Assembly: GCA_951406725.2 (NCBI GenBank)
Contig: OX597830.1
Location: forward strand, 52,018,001-52,082,000
Source of the DNA: Octopus vulgaris
Lineage: Eukaryota
Direction: 5' to 3'
Length of the DNA stretch: 64,000 bases
Notes under the pieces: generated by a model
Databases searched by the model: none
Seen by the model: only the letters and a program-made list of their open reading frames with translations
Told to the model about the DNA's origin: nothing
Shown: positions 13,283-27,164 of the stretch, one piece after another
How positions within the stretch are numbered: the stretch's first letter is position 1
Layout of the letters: each line of letters opens with the position of its first letter
Program-made: the position numbers and the translations under genes

Positions 13283-14279
13283 GTGCAGCGGAACGAGAGA
13301 GATCCTGTGATAAACGCAACAAAAGATATCGTCTGCCGAATGATACCACCACAATATAACGGCTGATGAAAAACGGAGGAAAGTTTGATATCATGTAGCA
13401 TAGTAGTTTTGTAAACGGGGAAGGCATCAGTCTTGGTGTTATGGGAATATGTTAAGAATATATTATTTTCTTACAGTGGTGATATTGCGTGGGGGTGAAC
13501 ATTTGGATATATAACACTGTGAATATATTGCAGCGAAAAATCTATGAGATTATAAAGTAACGTACAGAAAGAAAGGAAACAGCGTTGGTAAGAGTATGAT
13601 AACCAAATGCAATGGTTGCAGAAAGGAATAAATAATATGATAATGCATATATATATGAAAATGGCATTGTAGTAGAACGGAAATATGATACAGGAGAACG
13701 TTGGGTCAGTTTGTGGGGATGATAAGAGGGATTATGATACTGCCGCTTAAAAATTATAGGCTGCTTCTTGAGGACTGTATTTTCTCTTCAGAGTTAGAAA
13801 ACGTTCCAGCGCCTATCTAGTACGAACCCTCAACAAAAGTCAGAGAATGCCCAGAGCCTAGTACCTCATACATATGTGTGAGCGTCTACTGCTGCTGTGC
13901 TTAGAAGTATGCCGTATAGTATTTAAAGAATAACCACTCGACTGATTTGTCTGAAGTTACTCAGGACTCAAGAATCAGAAGAGCGGGGACAGCTTTCTCG
14001 TATTTGTTTATTAAGTTGGCAGAGAACCACATCTTTTGGGAGGAGCGTCCGGTCAAATCAAATGACCCCATTTTATCGAACGTGGGGAGATGAAAGATAA
14101 AGTTAATTCTGGTGAAATGGGGAGTGACGTTAAATTATAAAGGTTCAAACAAAATACTCTAAAGGTTTTGTGAATAGTTTGGTTTAGAATATGGGTTGGT
14201 GTATACTCATAACTGTCGAATGTTATCCTAGACAAGTTCCACTAATAAAGATAATGTTTTATCTACGACATTAGAAAAA

Positions 14280-14560
14280 ATAATGCGTGATATGTAGAGT
14301 ATTTCCAAAGATCGGTTTAGTGATCAGTGTGGGGTACAATAGGGATGCTAGCAGTAGGAAAGACAGATGAGTAGAATATTACTGTAAGGTACATCTGGCA
14401 CGACAATCCAACTAGTTCAAGGACTAGAAGTCAGTAGAGTAGTTAGAGAAAGGACAGGAATATAGGACAGCACATCTGAAGTGGTGTGAAGAGATTACAA
14501 AGTATTGGGCAGATGTTCCATTTCGATAAGTCGGGTGGCCGATTTTTTCCTTTTTCTTTT
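14280..14560 (-). pseudogene. Very degraded CR1-group LINE ORF2 C-terminal fragment
   Basis: Minus strand gives KKSATRLIEMEHLPNTL*SL, parallel to RKAIRPIGLKSLTNT in the 37.3-37.95 kb remnant. Confidence 0.4.
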
Positions 14561-14800
14561 GGATACGCTACAAAATGTACGTGTGAGTGTAGCTTAAACA
14601 ACAGCAGAAGCAGCAGCAACACAAATCTTCCGATCTCTCTGGAAACGGAAATAATTTCAATAAATCAAGAATTTGTCTTGTAAATTATTTAATATTCTCT
14701 TATTCGGCTTTATTCCTGAAATACATGCCATTAGCCACACGAAGTTATTTCTCTCACATCAATCCTTTTCCTTTCATATGTAAATACGTATATGTACAAC

Positions 14801-14918
<118 letters not shown>

Positions 14919-15275
14919 TAAATATATATATATGTACACATATATATGTGTATATATATATTCACACACATATATACATATATATGTATATCGATCTATA
15001 CACATGTATATGTTTGTATGCATGTGCGCGCTCGCGTGTGTGTGTAGATGATATCAACGCAGGAAATGGAAGCGTCCTTCCATTCTCACGATGCCAGCTG
15101 CTCTCCTGGCACTGACAGAGATAAGCTAAAATACATACTGACTTTAAAATTTCCAGAGCTACTGCTTTTCCGAATCCCAATGAAGCAATTCTATTTTGTA
15201 CCACAGCCCAAGTGTAAACAGACGCGAGATTTCAATCCAGAACATCAAATACACACACGAACACGCAAACGCGCA

Positions 15276-15329
<54 letters not shown>

Positions 15330-15836
15330 TACCAATACACAACCACACACACAAACACAAACACACGAACAAACACGCACACACAGGCAAACACATGTGT
15401 AAGCACACACATACAATCACACACGCAGAAGCACACACGTAATATTTCTCTTAGACTTTGCAAAACGAAAAACCTGGTCTTATGTTTCAGAACAAAGTGT
15501 TACATGAGTATGGAAAATAATACGAAAAACAAAATCACAACACAAGAAAAAACAATGTTTATGCTATGAACCTTATTAGTCTACAGCTGTTATTGTCATA
15601 AAATGCTGTGGATTCTTAGTTGATTGTCTGAATAACATCGTGTAGCTTCGTCGGAGCCTTCAGGCACTCAGCTAAGAGTTCACTGCTTTTTTGTAGTAGA
15701 AACAGAGGCAAGCTAATGAGGTTCATAACATAACCATTGTTTGTCCTGTGTCATCACTTTTTAAAAAATTTATCTATATTCTTTTACTTTTACTTGTTTC
15801 AGTAATTTGATTGTGGCTATGGTGGACAACCGCCTT

Positions 15837-15877
<41 letters not shown>

Positions 15878-16065
15878 TATATAAGATAGTGAAAAAACTA
15901 CAGAAGGCTTGTTTTATAAGGTTAAAGAATGTATTTAAGTCGTTATGTTAGAAGAATGTTATAAAATCTTTTCATATACTAACATAGTTTTTGAAGAAAT
16001 TACCGGTTTCGTGTTAACTTTTCAAATTTCTCAAATGTCTTTACCTACATCGTGTCATGTTTACG

Positions 16066-16107
<42 letters not shown>

Positions 16108-16111
<4 letters not shown>

Positions 16112-16926
16112 TGAGTAAACTGACGTCTAAATTACGCAAAAATGAAAATAACACATCTCATTTTAACAGATATATTCACCAAAATTCCATGAAAATATTT
16201 CGAAATACTAAAGAGTAAATTTATTCAACAAAATCGCCGTTGTCTTGAACCACACCCTCCAGACGACTTCGGAATTCCTTGCAACGCTTCAGGACGGTCT
16301 CCTTGTTTAAGTTGGTAAATGCAACCATAATCCTTGCCTTCAGTTCAACTTTGGTGTTACAAGGTTTTTTCTTGGTCTCTCACTCAACTGCGCCCCACAC
16401 ATAATAATCAAGGGGGTTGCAGTCTGGGAAGTTTCTTGGCCAGATGTTAGGTGTGATGTGGTCGAAGAAATTGTCTAACAGCCATAACCGGCTTCTCCTG
16501 CTTCTGTGGCATGGTGCAGGATCTTGTTGCCAGACATAGGCTCTTCCAGCAGCCACCCTCTTCACCCAGGGCAGCATTACCTCCTTGTAGGTCTCCGTGT
16601 TGAGTGTGAGCCCGTGTGGGAAGAGGAATGGAGGCATAAAGTCGCCATCACATGATGTTCTCTAGATATTTGATTTTTATCACTCTCGGTACATGTACTC
16701 AGATTGACACAAACACTCTGAAATGTTTGTATTGGATCTTCCAGCACGAATGCCAAGCGGTACAGCGTGTCGTCTCCAAATTGCTTGGAGAGTTAATTGC
16801 TTCATGGTGCTGTTTTTCTCACAGACTCTGCCCAACTAACCTTACTATAATGTGTAGTCGACAAAATCAAAGAATGCAAGAAATTAAAAATACAAAATGG
16901 CGACAATTTACCCATCGCACCTCGTA
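16108..16926 (-). mobile_element. Internally deleted DD37D (maT family) Tc1/mariner element
   Basis: ORF 16380-16637 contains YVWQQDPAPCH..WPRNFPDCNPLDYYVWG with 37 residues between the 2nd and 3rd catalytic D. Imperfect TIRs; flanked by TA arrays. Confidence 0.9.
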
Positions 16927-16932
16927 TATCTA

Positions 16933-17011
<79 letters not shown>

Positions 17012-17013
17012 AA

Positions 17014-17065
<52 letters not shown>

Positions 17066-17799
17066 GAGGTGCGATGGATAAATTGTCACCATTTTGTATT
17101 TACCGAACTGTCTTACATAGGATCTTGTTTCTAGGAACTCCCAATAAGTTATGAATACCCAAATTGTGAAGTCAGTTATGTAATAACATTAAATTAGTTA
17201 CCCGATCGTAAGTATTCAGAAAGCAACCCCGAAAAGGCTTTAATGCGTTTCCAGAGTATATAGAACTTTGGAGGAAATACTAAAAAGTTATGTATACTAA
17301 AATCGTGTATCATGTTACGTAATAACAGGCTAATCAGATATGAGATAATACCAATTCAAAGTAAATAACTCTGAAAAGTGTTTTTCTGCGTTCCCAGAGA
17401 ATATTACCCTCAGTGGGGCTAGTGTTAGTATATTCGTGAATAAGTCACCAACCGAAATAAGTGGATATATAGTTTAGGAAAATACTATTTACTTGTTTAA
17501 GGGTTGTACTGGATAAATTTCGAAAATGACTCTAACAGTTCAAATACTAAGAAATAAGCATACTTAATTTCATTTTTACCAAATAATTTAGGAAAATGAA
17601 TGGGTTATTTTCTTTGGTTACCAATATGAAATATATTAGATATATATAGGATCCCTTTCAGGGACCCTATTATCGATTTTTCAACAATCTGAGTATGCCA
17701 TGAGGTTTCCAGATATGTGTTCTACTCATGTGTCTGGTTTCATCAAAATCGATAAAACGATGTAGGAGTTAGCTCACTACTCCACAAACACACACACAC

Positions 17800-17851
17800 A
17801 CAGAATTTCCCACATATGTAGTATATATACTACATTTGTGGGAAATTCTGT
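17800..17851. repeat. 52-bp zero-loop palindrome (1 mismatch)
   Basis: ACAGAATTTCCCACATATGTAGTATA|TATACTACATTTGTGGGAAATTCTGT. Confidence 0.95.
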
Positions 17852-18681
17852 CTGTGGGCATGTATGTATGTATGTATGTATGTATGTATGTATGTATGTA
17901 TGTATGTACGTACGTACGTATGTATGTATGTATGTATGTATGTATGTATGTATGTATGTATGTATGTATGTATGTATGTGTGTGTGTATGTATGTACGTA
18001 TGTATGCATGTATGTATGTATGTATCTAAAATTCAAAAATAGAAATGAACGTCTCAAGGCCTTCCAACTCAAATCTGATTCACTTTCTATTCAGGGATGG
18101 AACTAGTAACTTCCGTTATCATTCACCTATAGAACTATTTGACTTCCCATCACTCAAATTAGTGATGTGTTTGAAGCCATTGTAACAAGGAATTTTCTAG
18201 AAGACTGTGGACATCGAAAAGCCCCACAGAGCCAAATTGGGTTCCAGAAACATATAGCCAGTGTTAAAAAAACAACTGTGCGGCAAGACAGTGCTGAGAG
18301 GAATTTGAAAATCAAGCGACCACACACACACACAAAAAAAACAAACACAAAAACAGAAAACAAACACACGCTCCTACATACGTATGTATGTATGCATGCA
18401 TGCATGTGTGTAATGTATGTATGTATTCATGTATATGATTGTCATTTGTACCGTCCATAGTCCATTAAATAATTTCGTAATGTCCAGTCGTTAATTAGCT
18501 GACATTTTTATGCGAGATATCGGTTTTGTAAGCAAACTTTAAAAGATTCTGTAATTATGACGATGTTTCGCGTCTGCATGTACGTATAGATATGTCTATA
18601 TAAAGATACATTTCCTACGCATACGCATATGTATATTCTCATATAAGTCATATGTACATAGATATACATACACACAGACAC

Positions 18682-18738
<57 letters not shown>

Positions 18739-18914
18739 ATATATACATACACACACATATGTATGCGTGCGTGTATGTACACATATGCATGTATACGTTC
18801 TCATACACAAATACCTATATATATATATATACACGAGTGTGTGTGTGAAAGTGAGTGTGTGTGTGTGTGCGTGTTTGCGTGCGTGTGCTATTCTAAAATC
18901 GCCATTTATCTCAA

Positions 18915-21632
18915 TCACTCTTGTGAAGATATTCATGCAATTTTCACTTATTCTTTTCATTTAACCCCCATTTTAATTTTCAAAATGTTTATGAGAAATT
19001 GTCAAGTCCCATATGATTCATGGGCCCTGTGGTTCAATTAATCCATCTTCCACATGCATTAGGCAGAATAAGTGTACCAAGAACTACCCGCGTCCCTCTG
19101 TACAAGAAACACATACTGGATAAGGTGGCTACCCCTTTTTACCGGAGAAGAAAACCTGGGCTTGGTGAGAAATGGGCAAGATTACATCATTGAAAATCGG
19201 TGGGTTGAAATAAATGGCGATTGTGGAACACCACACGCACGCACACAAACACGCACGCACACACTCACTCACTCACACACACACACACACACAGACACAC
19301 ACTTATACATACAGTGTCAAACGTCAGCGTCTCTCTCTCTCCCGCTTTCCCCCCTCTTTGTGCCGGGTTTCTTTCACCTTCACATATAGAAGCTACATAC
19401 AGTATGAAACATCAACGTCTCTTTATATCTATCTATCTATCTTTCTCTTTCTCCTGCTACCCCTCTCTCCTTCAACTTCTATAGAAACTTGTTATATTTC
19501 TGTGTTTCTTACAAAAACTTTCAAGGCCCATATCAAAGTTGAATTCTACAACTCTGCTAAGTCTATTAAATATGTTTGCAAATATATAAACAAAGGTGTA
19601 GATGCTGCAACATACACACTTATGTGGAAAGGCAGTCTACAGATAAATAAAAGTGATGAAGGTGCATAGAATGAGAGAGGAAGATAGTTCGGTAGTAATG
19701 AGGCGTTTTGGCACATCTTCAATTTTCCCATTCATGAGAGGCACCCAGCACTCATTCATCTGAGTGTCTATCTAGAGAATACCACAATGGCTATCTTTAC
19801 AAAACAAACAGTCTTTCAACGAGCACTTTCTCCAAAGAAAATTCCCTTACGGCCTTTTTAAATTGTGTCAAGTAGATGAAGATGCAAGAAAACTCCTTTA
19901 TCCAGAATTATCTGGAGAAACGATAGATAGCACAAGAGGAAACGTAGGGCTGATACTCTTGCAAGAGTTTACAGTGTCCCCATAAGCCAAGCAGAATGCT
20001 ACTACTACGGCCCCTTTTGCATGGAGCACGTGGTCCCAAATCATTCCAATATTTGAGGAGGATAAATGGTTATGTTTTAGAAAATTATGAACATTGGGAC
20101 CTTGCACTGACTGAAGCATCAGTATCAGATACTCCAAGGAGAGTCCGTAACCTTTCTACAATTTTACTGAACATGTGTTAAGTTGGCAGTCTCCTACAGC
20201 TTTGGATGAAACTTCGTGAGGACATGGCTGAGGACTTAAAGTATGCAGTTCAACAGGCAAACCCAGATATCAATATTCAGTTCTCTGAAGCAATTTTTAA
20301 CCAAGCACTGATTAAAATATAGGATCAAAATTTGGCCATGGGATGCAAAAATATGCTAGAGTCTGGCTCTGGACTGCCAAAGACAAACCGTCAAATTAGT
20401 GATTTAACTTCAAGAGACATAGCAAGAGAAGCAACTGTGACATCACAGAGTTAGCTGCATTTGTGAATGAGCCCGAACCTAAACTTCTAGAACAACGCGT
20501 TGTGCATGTAATAAAATTATTTCGTCAGCCAAAGAAAAAAAGCGGAGGAATTTCCTTTCTTGATGCTCCTGGTGGCACAAGTAAAACATTTGTAATAACA
20601 TTGCTTTTCTCCAAGGTAAAGCAAGATAAAAAGAATTGCAGTTGCTGTAGCATCTTGTTGCATTGCTTCCATCCTTGTCCAAGGAGGAGGAGCAGCTCAT
20701 TCTGCTCTTAAATTACCGCTGAACCTGGTCACAAATGACAGAACAATTTGTAACATAAGCAAAGGTTCGGGTTCAGCAGAAGTGTTGCGCCAATGCCACC
20801 TTATCATTCGGGATGAATGCACCATATCACATAGAGGTGCAATGGAAGCCCTTGGTAAGAACTTACAGGACATAAGAGACAATAAATCAATGCGAGGAGA
20901 CACATTAGTTTTATCAGGAGACTTTCAGATAGACACTAGTAGTCATTCCGAGACGAACAAGATCTGATGAAATAAAAGCATGCATTCAGTCTTCACATCT
21001 ATGGAATAAAGTACAGAAATTCAACTTCAATATTAATATGCTAGCTTTATTACATGGGGACCAATGTGCAGAACAGTTTTCAACCTGGCTCCTCCAATTA
21101 GGAAATGAGAAAGTGCCACTTGATGGGAATGGTGTTATCAATTTGGCTCATATTGCTATCATGGTGAATTCTCCAGCTGAATTGAAGAACGGTGTTTCCA
21201 GACTTAACAATTATAATTCACATTAATGGTTGTGAAAAAGAGCAATTCTTGTCCCCAAGAATGAGACATTGGCAAGGATTAACCATGAATTAATGAATAA
21301 TATTCCAACAGTCATAAAGGAATACAGATCAGTTGATTCAGTCCTTGATGAAAATCAAACTGTCCATTACACAACAGAATTCTTTAATTCTCTTGAGTCA
21401 CCTGGGACTCCTTCACATAAACTTTTTTCTGAAGGTTGGAACCCTAATAATGCTTCTATGAAATTTAGATTCTCCCAAATTATGCAATGGGACAAGGTTG
21501 CTTGTAAAGACATTATCACCTAATGTGATACCTCTGGAGCTACCTCTGAAGATACCTCTGGGGAAGAGGCTTTCATTCCAAAAATTCTAATCAGACATGC
21601 CATTTGAGTTCAAACGAACACAATTCCCAATA
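18915..21632 (+). pseudogene. Helitron Rep/PIF1-like helicase (RepHel) pseudogene, frameshifted with many stops
   Basis: Rep motifs HMIHGPCGSINPSSTC, CTKNYPRP..GYP, ENRWV, AHIKVEFYNSAKSIKYVCKYINKG. Helicase motifs FLDAPGGTSKT (Walker A), LIIRDECTISH (Walker B), VLSGDFQ, RAILVPKN, LCNGTRL, PFEFKRTQFPI. Confidence 0.93.
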
Positions 21633-22066
21633 CACCCATTATGACTACCCGTCTGATAAGGGTACACCAGGCGCATGCATCACAACCATATGTGTGCGAC
21701 ATGGATATCTTATACCATGATAAATAGCACATGACCTTGCAGGTGCGGCGTAGTTAGAATTTTCTTCACGTCGAGTTGCTCATATTTCCAAAGGTGATTT
21801 ATCCAAACTCCAAAGAATTCCTCTCAACACATGGTTATGATGCTCTCCACTACTTCTACTCGTGATCAGAGATGCACATATCGTCAGCCACTAAGGGACA
21901 TGCTCAACTGGTTATGGTCAAATAACTGACTAACAAACCTGTGGTATTGAGCAGAATATTTGCTGTAGCCCATCTTTTATATTAAGACAAAACAATGTAC
22001 ATGATAGCACATCCAATCAGTTAAGATCAGAAGCCATGAGAGCCACAGCCTGGTACTGCATCAGGG

Positions 22067-22068
<2 letters not shown>
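21626..22068. mobile_element. Truncated copy of the (TTA)n-flanked ~555-bp element nested in the Helitron
   Basis: Colinear with 39773-40272; followed by (TTA)n at 22069-22143. Confidence 0.88.
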
Positions 22069-22145
<77 letters not shown>

Positions 22146-22710
22146 TGTATTATGAATTCAGAATTGATTTCATGTGCCCCAATTGAATAATAAATTGAAT
22201 TTAGAATAACAGATTCCTATACAACGTATTTTGCTTTTTCTTGTTATATACGGAACAATTTCATTCCCGGGCAACACCGGGTGCCTCTGCTAGTACATGA
22301 ATATACATACAGCATATATTCATGTATCTAGATAAGCAAATATTTACATACGTATGTATATACAAGTATGTGTGTGTATATGTATGTATGCGTGCATGCA
22401 AGCATGTTTGTGTGTATGTATGTAGATATGCACGTATGTATGTATGTATGTATGTATGTATGTATGTATGTATGTATGTGTATATGTATAGTTGTTTGCT
22501 CAGATCCTCTTTATCTATTATGTAAACAAAAACACGCAGACATTGAAATACGCCGAAGATCGATATTCGTTTTCTAATCAAATACACAGCACAAACAACA
22601 TTAATGTTGGAGCTATCATTTGTTAGTTATGCGCTGTAAGTTAATGTTGTGTCCACATCTTATTGATGTCAAACTATCTCCAGCTAGGAAACCATAAAAG
22701 AAAAGCAAAA

Positions 22711-22775
<65 letters not shown>

Positions 22776-23244
22776 AACAGATAGAACAGAAACCATAGAC
22801 AATTCCTGTTGAAAGATTCTGCAAGAACGACAAGGAGAAGAGTGAGTAATGCATTAATGCAATAACAGAAAAACGAAAGAGGAAAGGTGAAAATGGGTAG
22901 ATGAGGAAAAAGAGAGAGAAGGAGAGAGAGGTGGAAATCAGAGTGGAAGGGAGAAACATGGAAGTGGGGAAAAGATAAATAACTAGAAAAAATAAAATGG
23001 AGGCTAAAGTTAGATTTGAACCTAAGTTTGAGTATATTTAAGGTCAGTGACTAATTGTATTGACATTATGTGTCAGTGTAAATATAAACAGATATAGATA
23101 GATGGGTGGATAAGTAGATAAATGGATTGATTTCATGTAAATAAAACATATAATACGAAGACTACTGGGCATTGTGTGATACAATAAAATGCGGTGTCAG
23201 TGAAATAATAAAATAAATTATTGGTGACATGAAATGATTTGTAG

Positions 23245-23945
23245 GGAGGTGACAGCAGATGACAGCAGGTGATGGCAGGTGGCGGCAGATGGCGGAAGAT
23301 GGCGGCAGGTGACGGAAGATGGCGGCAGGTGACGGCAGAGGGTGTCAAGTGAAGGCAGATGGTGGAGGATGACGACAGATGGCGGCAGATTACGATAGGT
23401 GACGGCGGGTGGTGGCAGGTGATGGCAGATGACAGCAGATGACGGCAGGTGATGGCAGATGGCAGAAGATGGTGGCAGGTGAAGGCAGATGGTAGAGGAT
23501 GACGACAGATGGCGGCAGGTGACGGCAGGTGACGGCGGGTGGTAGCAGGTGATGGCAGGTGACAGCAGATGACGGCAGGTGATGGCAGCTGGCGGAAGAT
23601 GGCGGCATGTGATGGCAGGTGACGGAAGATGGCGGAAGATGGTGGCAGATGACGGCAAATAGTGTCAGGTGAAGGCAGATGGTGGAGGAAGAGGACAGAT
23701 GGCGGCAGGTGACGGCAGGTGATGGAGGATGGCGGAAGATGGCTGAAAATGGTGACAGGTGATGGCAGATGGTGGAGGATGACGACAGATAGCAGAAGGT
23801 GACGGCAGGTGACGGAAGATGGCGTCAGATGGTGATGACGACAGATGGCGGTAGGTGACGGTAGGTGACGGCGGGTGGTGGCAGGTGACGACAGATGATG
23901 GTGAGAAATGACAGAAAATGGGGGAAGACAACAGCAGATGATGAA
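23245..23945. repeat. Purine-rich 10-bp-unit minisatellite (GGTGACGGCA / GATGGCGGCA variants) with higher-order blocks
   Basis: Direct reading; explains the 'CRHLPSP' ORFs on the minus strand; degenerates towards ~24030. Confidence 0.95.
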
Positions 23946-24477
23946 AGATGCTGTGAAATGATGGAAAATGACAGGAAATAGCGTAAAATGACAGTAGATA
24001 TTGAGAGATGTGTGAAGATGATGTGAGATAACTGTGAAAGACGGTTGTTGTGGTAAGTTGATGGTCGATTTTTTAGATAAGAAAAAATGAGAAGTCTCGT
24101 AAGATACGGTGGATCAACGGGAAATGAACTGTGATCGCACGTTGAGTTCTCTCTTCGGCGTGGGGGAGAAAGAATTGCTAGGGCTGAAATGTGAACTGTC
24201 CTTACTGGCTCCTTGTACCAGCTAATTCACGGAGAAGGTGGTAGAAATTAACTTGATCTGTTGTTTATTTATCCATCCTTTAAGAAATGAAAACTTTGTT
24301 CACTTCGGTGGAATTTGAACTCAGAGTGGAGTGTCGATATAAACATCGCAAAACCGTTTATCCAAAATCCAATTCGCGTAATAACGGAATATGACAGCAA
24401 ATGTTTAAAACTTCATATAACATGACTGGTGTCTTTTGTTACAGACATTTAATGCTATATTGTCCTATTATATATAT

Positions 24478-24596
<119 letters not shown>

Positions 24597-24784
24597 CATA
24601 TATATATGCTGCCGGAATTTAAGAAGTACATGATTCGATACTCAGTAGAGGCTTGCCGGCCACATTTTTTAAAACTGTCGTTGAAGTGATGGAATCGTTA
24701 GCACGCCAGGTAAAATGATTAGCGACATTTCGCCCTTAAAGCGATGCCATGTTGACACTCTCTCACTCACATACACACACACAT

Positions 24785-24867
<83 letters not shown>

Positions 24868-25514
24868 TGGGGGAGGGAGACAGGAAGTTCTGTGGAGTAG
24901 TGATGGAATTAAGAGTGCTTAAAAATTTACTAAAAGAGTATAAGAGAAAATGGTGAAGATAACAGAAATTAAATGAATGAAAAGTCCAAGAGAAACAGCT
25001 GGAACTGGTAATGGAAGTCTTGTAGAAGACATGTACGGACAGCTTTTAGTGATTATGATTAAAGTAAGTCCAAGAAGATTTGATGTAGGAATTAAAAGGG
25101 TCAAAGAGGAAAATCTCTAACCGAAATATAGCAAGAATATGGATAAGTCATGAGGTGAAAAATATCGATCTTTTACATGTAAGCATCATTCCTGGTGCCA
25201 GACCGAATTTATTTTGACTATTCAAAACACAGAATTATTCTTTTCCGTGTTTTCAATGATTGTAAATGGATGTGACGTGATGCAATTGACTTTCTAACTG
25301 GTTTAATATCTTATGGAGTGGAATAGTAAGTTAATATTACATTAGAATAGCAATCCGGAATGTTGGCAGAGATTAGTCCATAGAAGGCACGACATAGGAA
25401 GCTTTGGTTACAGGCGATATTCCAGACAAATAAATTCTCAAATACACACGCATGTGAACACATATAGACATACAGTACTATATACACATGCATAAATGTA
25501 TAGTTGTATCCCTT

Positions 25515-25745
25515 CTATCCTATTTCTTGACCATGTAGTTGCTGGAGCATTGCCTGATGGTAGCACACCAGATTTCGTCTCATTGCTCGGCCCTCTGCTG
25601 CCCGCTGTGAGTCGGCGAACCTGAGACCTATCCACTCTTTGATGTTACAAGCCTGTCTTTTCTTTGGCTTGCCTTGCTTTCGTTTCAACCTTCTTCTGTG
25701 CCCTGAAGGATTGTTTTTGCTAAGTCGGAGCTTCTTCCGACATAG
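25515..25745 (-). pseudogene. RTE-clade LINE ORF C-terminal fragment
   Basis: LAKTILQGTEEG / KRKQGKPKKRQACNIKEWIGLRFADSQRAAEGR matches the RTE C-terminal pattern ILQG..GxRxRGRPxxRWxDNIKEW. Confidence 0.8.
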
Positions 25746-25929
25746 CGATTCCAATGTATAATTATATAACTGTACACATTAATATAGTGCCCGTTGCCCG
25801 CAGGCGAATATGACTTCACAAAACATATACTCTGCATTGGTACGAACAGACATAAATATTTTCTTGGACCATCCTACACTCTTAACCCATCGGAACATCC
25901 AGTATGTGATAGCTAGCTAGCTAGCTACC

Positions 25930-26180
<251 letters not shown>

Positions 26181-26212
26181 CAATGTATAAGCTCCCTGGC
26201 TGTATGTATGTA

Positions 26213-26257
<45 letters not shown>

Positions 26258-26570
26258 CATAATCGTCGTGAGCACGATGACATACACATTAATTCATAAT
26301 ACGTTCCAGCAGTTTCGAAACTGAATATGCTAATCACTGTTATATCATGCAATCGAAGAACGTCTCCTCTCAGACACGTGTGCCTTTACAACACCTAGAT
26401 TCAATAGGTTAAGGGGACTGAGGAACGCCAAAGAAAGAATTTCGATTTCTATTAAGTTATTTCATACGTTTTTTTTTTTGTGTGCGTGTCGTTCTGTTTT
26501 TCATAATTGCCATAAACGTCAAAGCGACTCCCAGTGTTGTTCACTAACTCCAATTAATATTATATATATA

Positions 26571-26707
<137 letters not shown>

Positions 26708-27164
26708 AGATCAAGTCTATATTCATTTCTGAAAATCTTCTGGCAGAAATGGTAATATTTGTTATTTCCCTGGAGAACTACCAAATGTTAGCCTCTGGAT
26801 TTTTGACAGGTACAAGACATAAAAACTATTACATTGCCACAATGCAGTAGTCTTACTCACTCATAGCCGATAATTTAGTAGGTAGGATTGCCTACGCAAA
26901 TATCGTGCGGGTATATTTCTCTACATCTCGTTATATGGGGGGGGTCTTAGAAACTTTTATATTATATAAACACCCCTCCAAGTACTTGTTTGTTTTAGTC
27001 TAAGTTCTAATCCTGTTACATTCGAAGTTCGATTCTTCAAAATAATTTATATTGCTCTTTCATCAGTCAATGATTGATCCAGAAAAACAAGTATCTCTAA
27101 TATACTGTGGTTCATTCTTATAATTTGTGAAATGCTATGTGGTATATCATCCATGTACTCGAGT

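Larger units (their letters stand above)
17826..22293 (+). mobile_element. Helitron (decayed, with nested insertions); 3' end secure, 5' end tentative
   Basis: 3' hairpin CCCGG-GCAACA-CCGGG (22266-22281), then CTAG (22290-22293) followed by T. The 5' end is only guessed, at the right arm of the 17800-17851 palindrome. Confidence 0.6.

Noticed and set aside
23133-23931. Cys/His/Pro-rich 'CRHLPSP' ORFs resembling a repeat or metal-binding protein
   Set aside because: The 10-bp unit is not a multiple of 3, so the same peptide appears in all frames; this is a minisatellite artefact.
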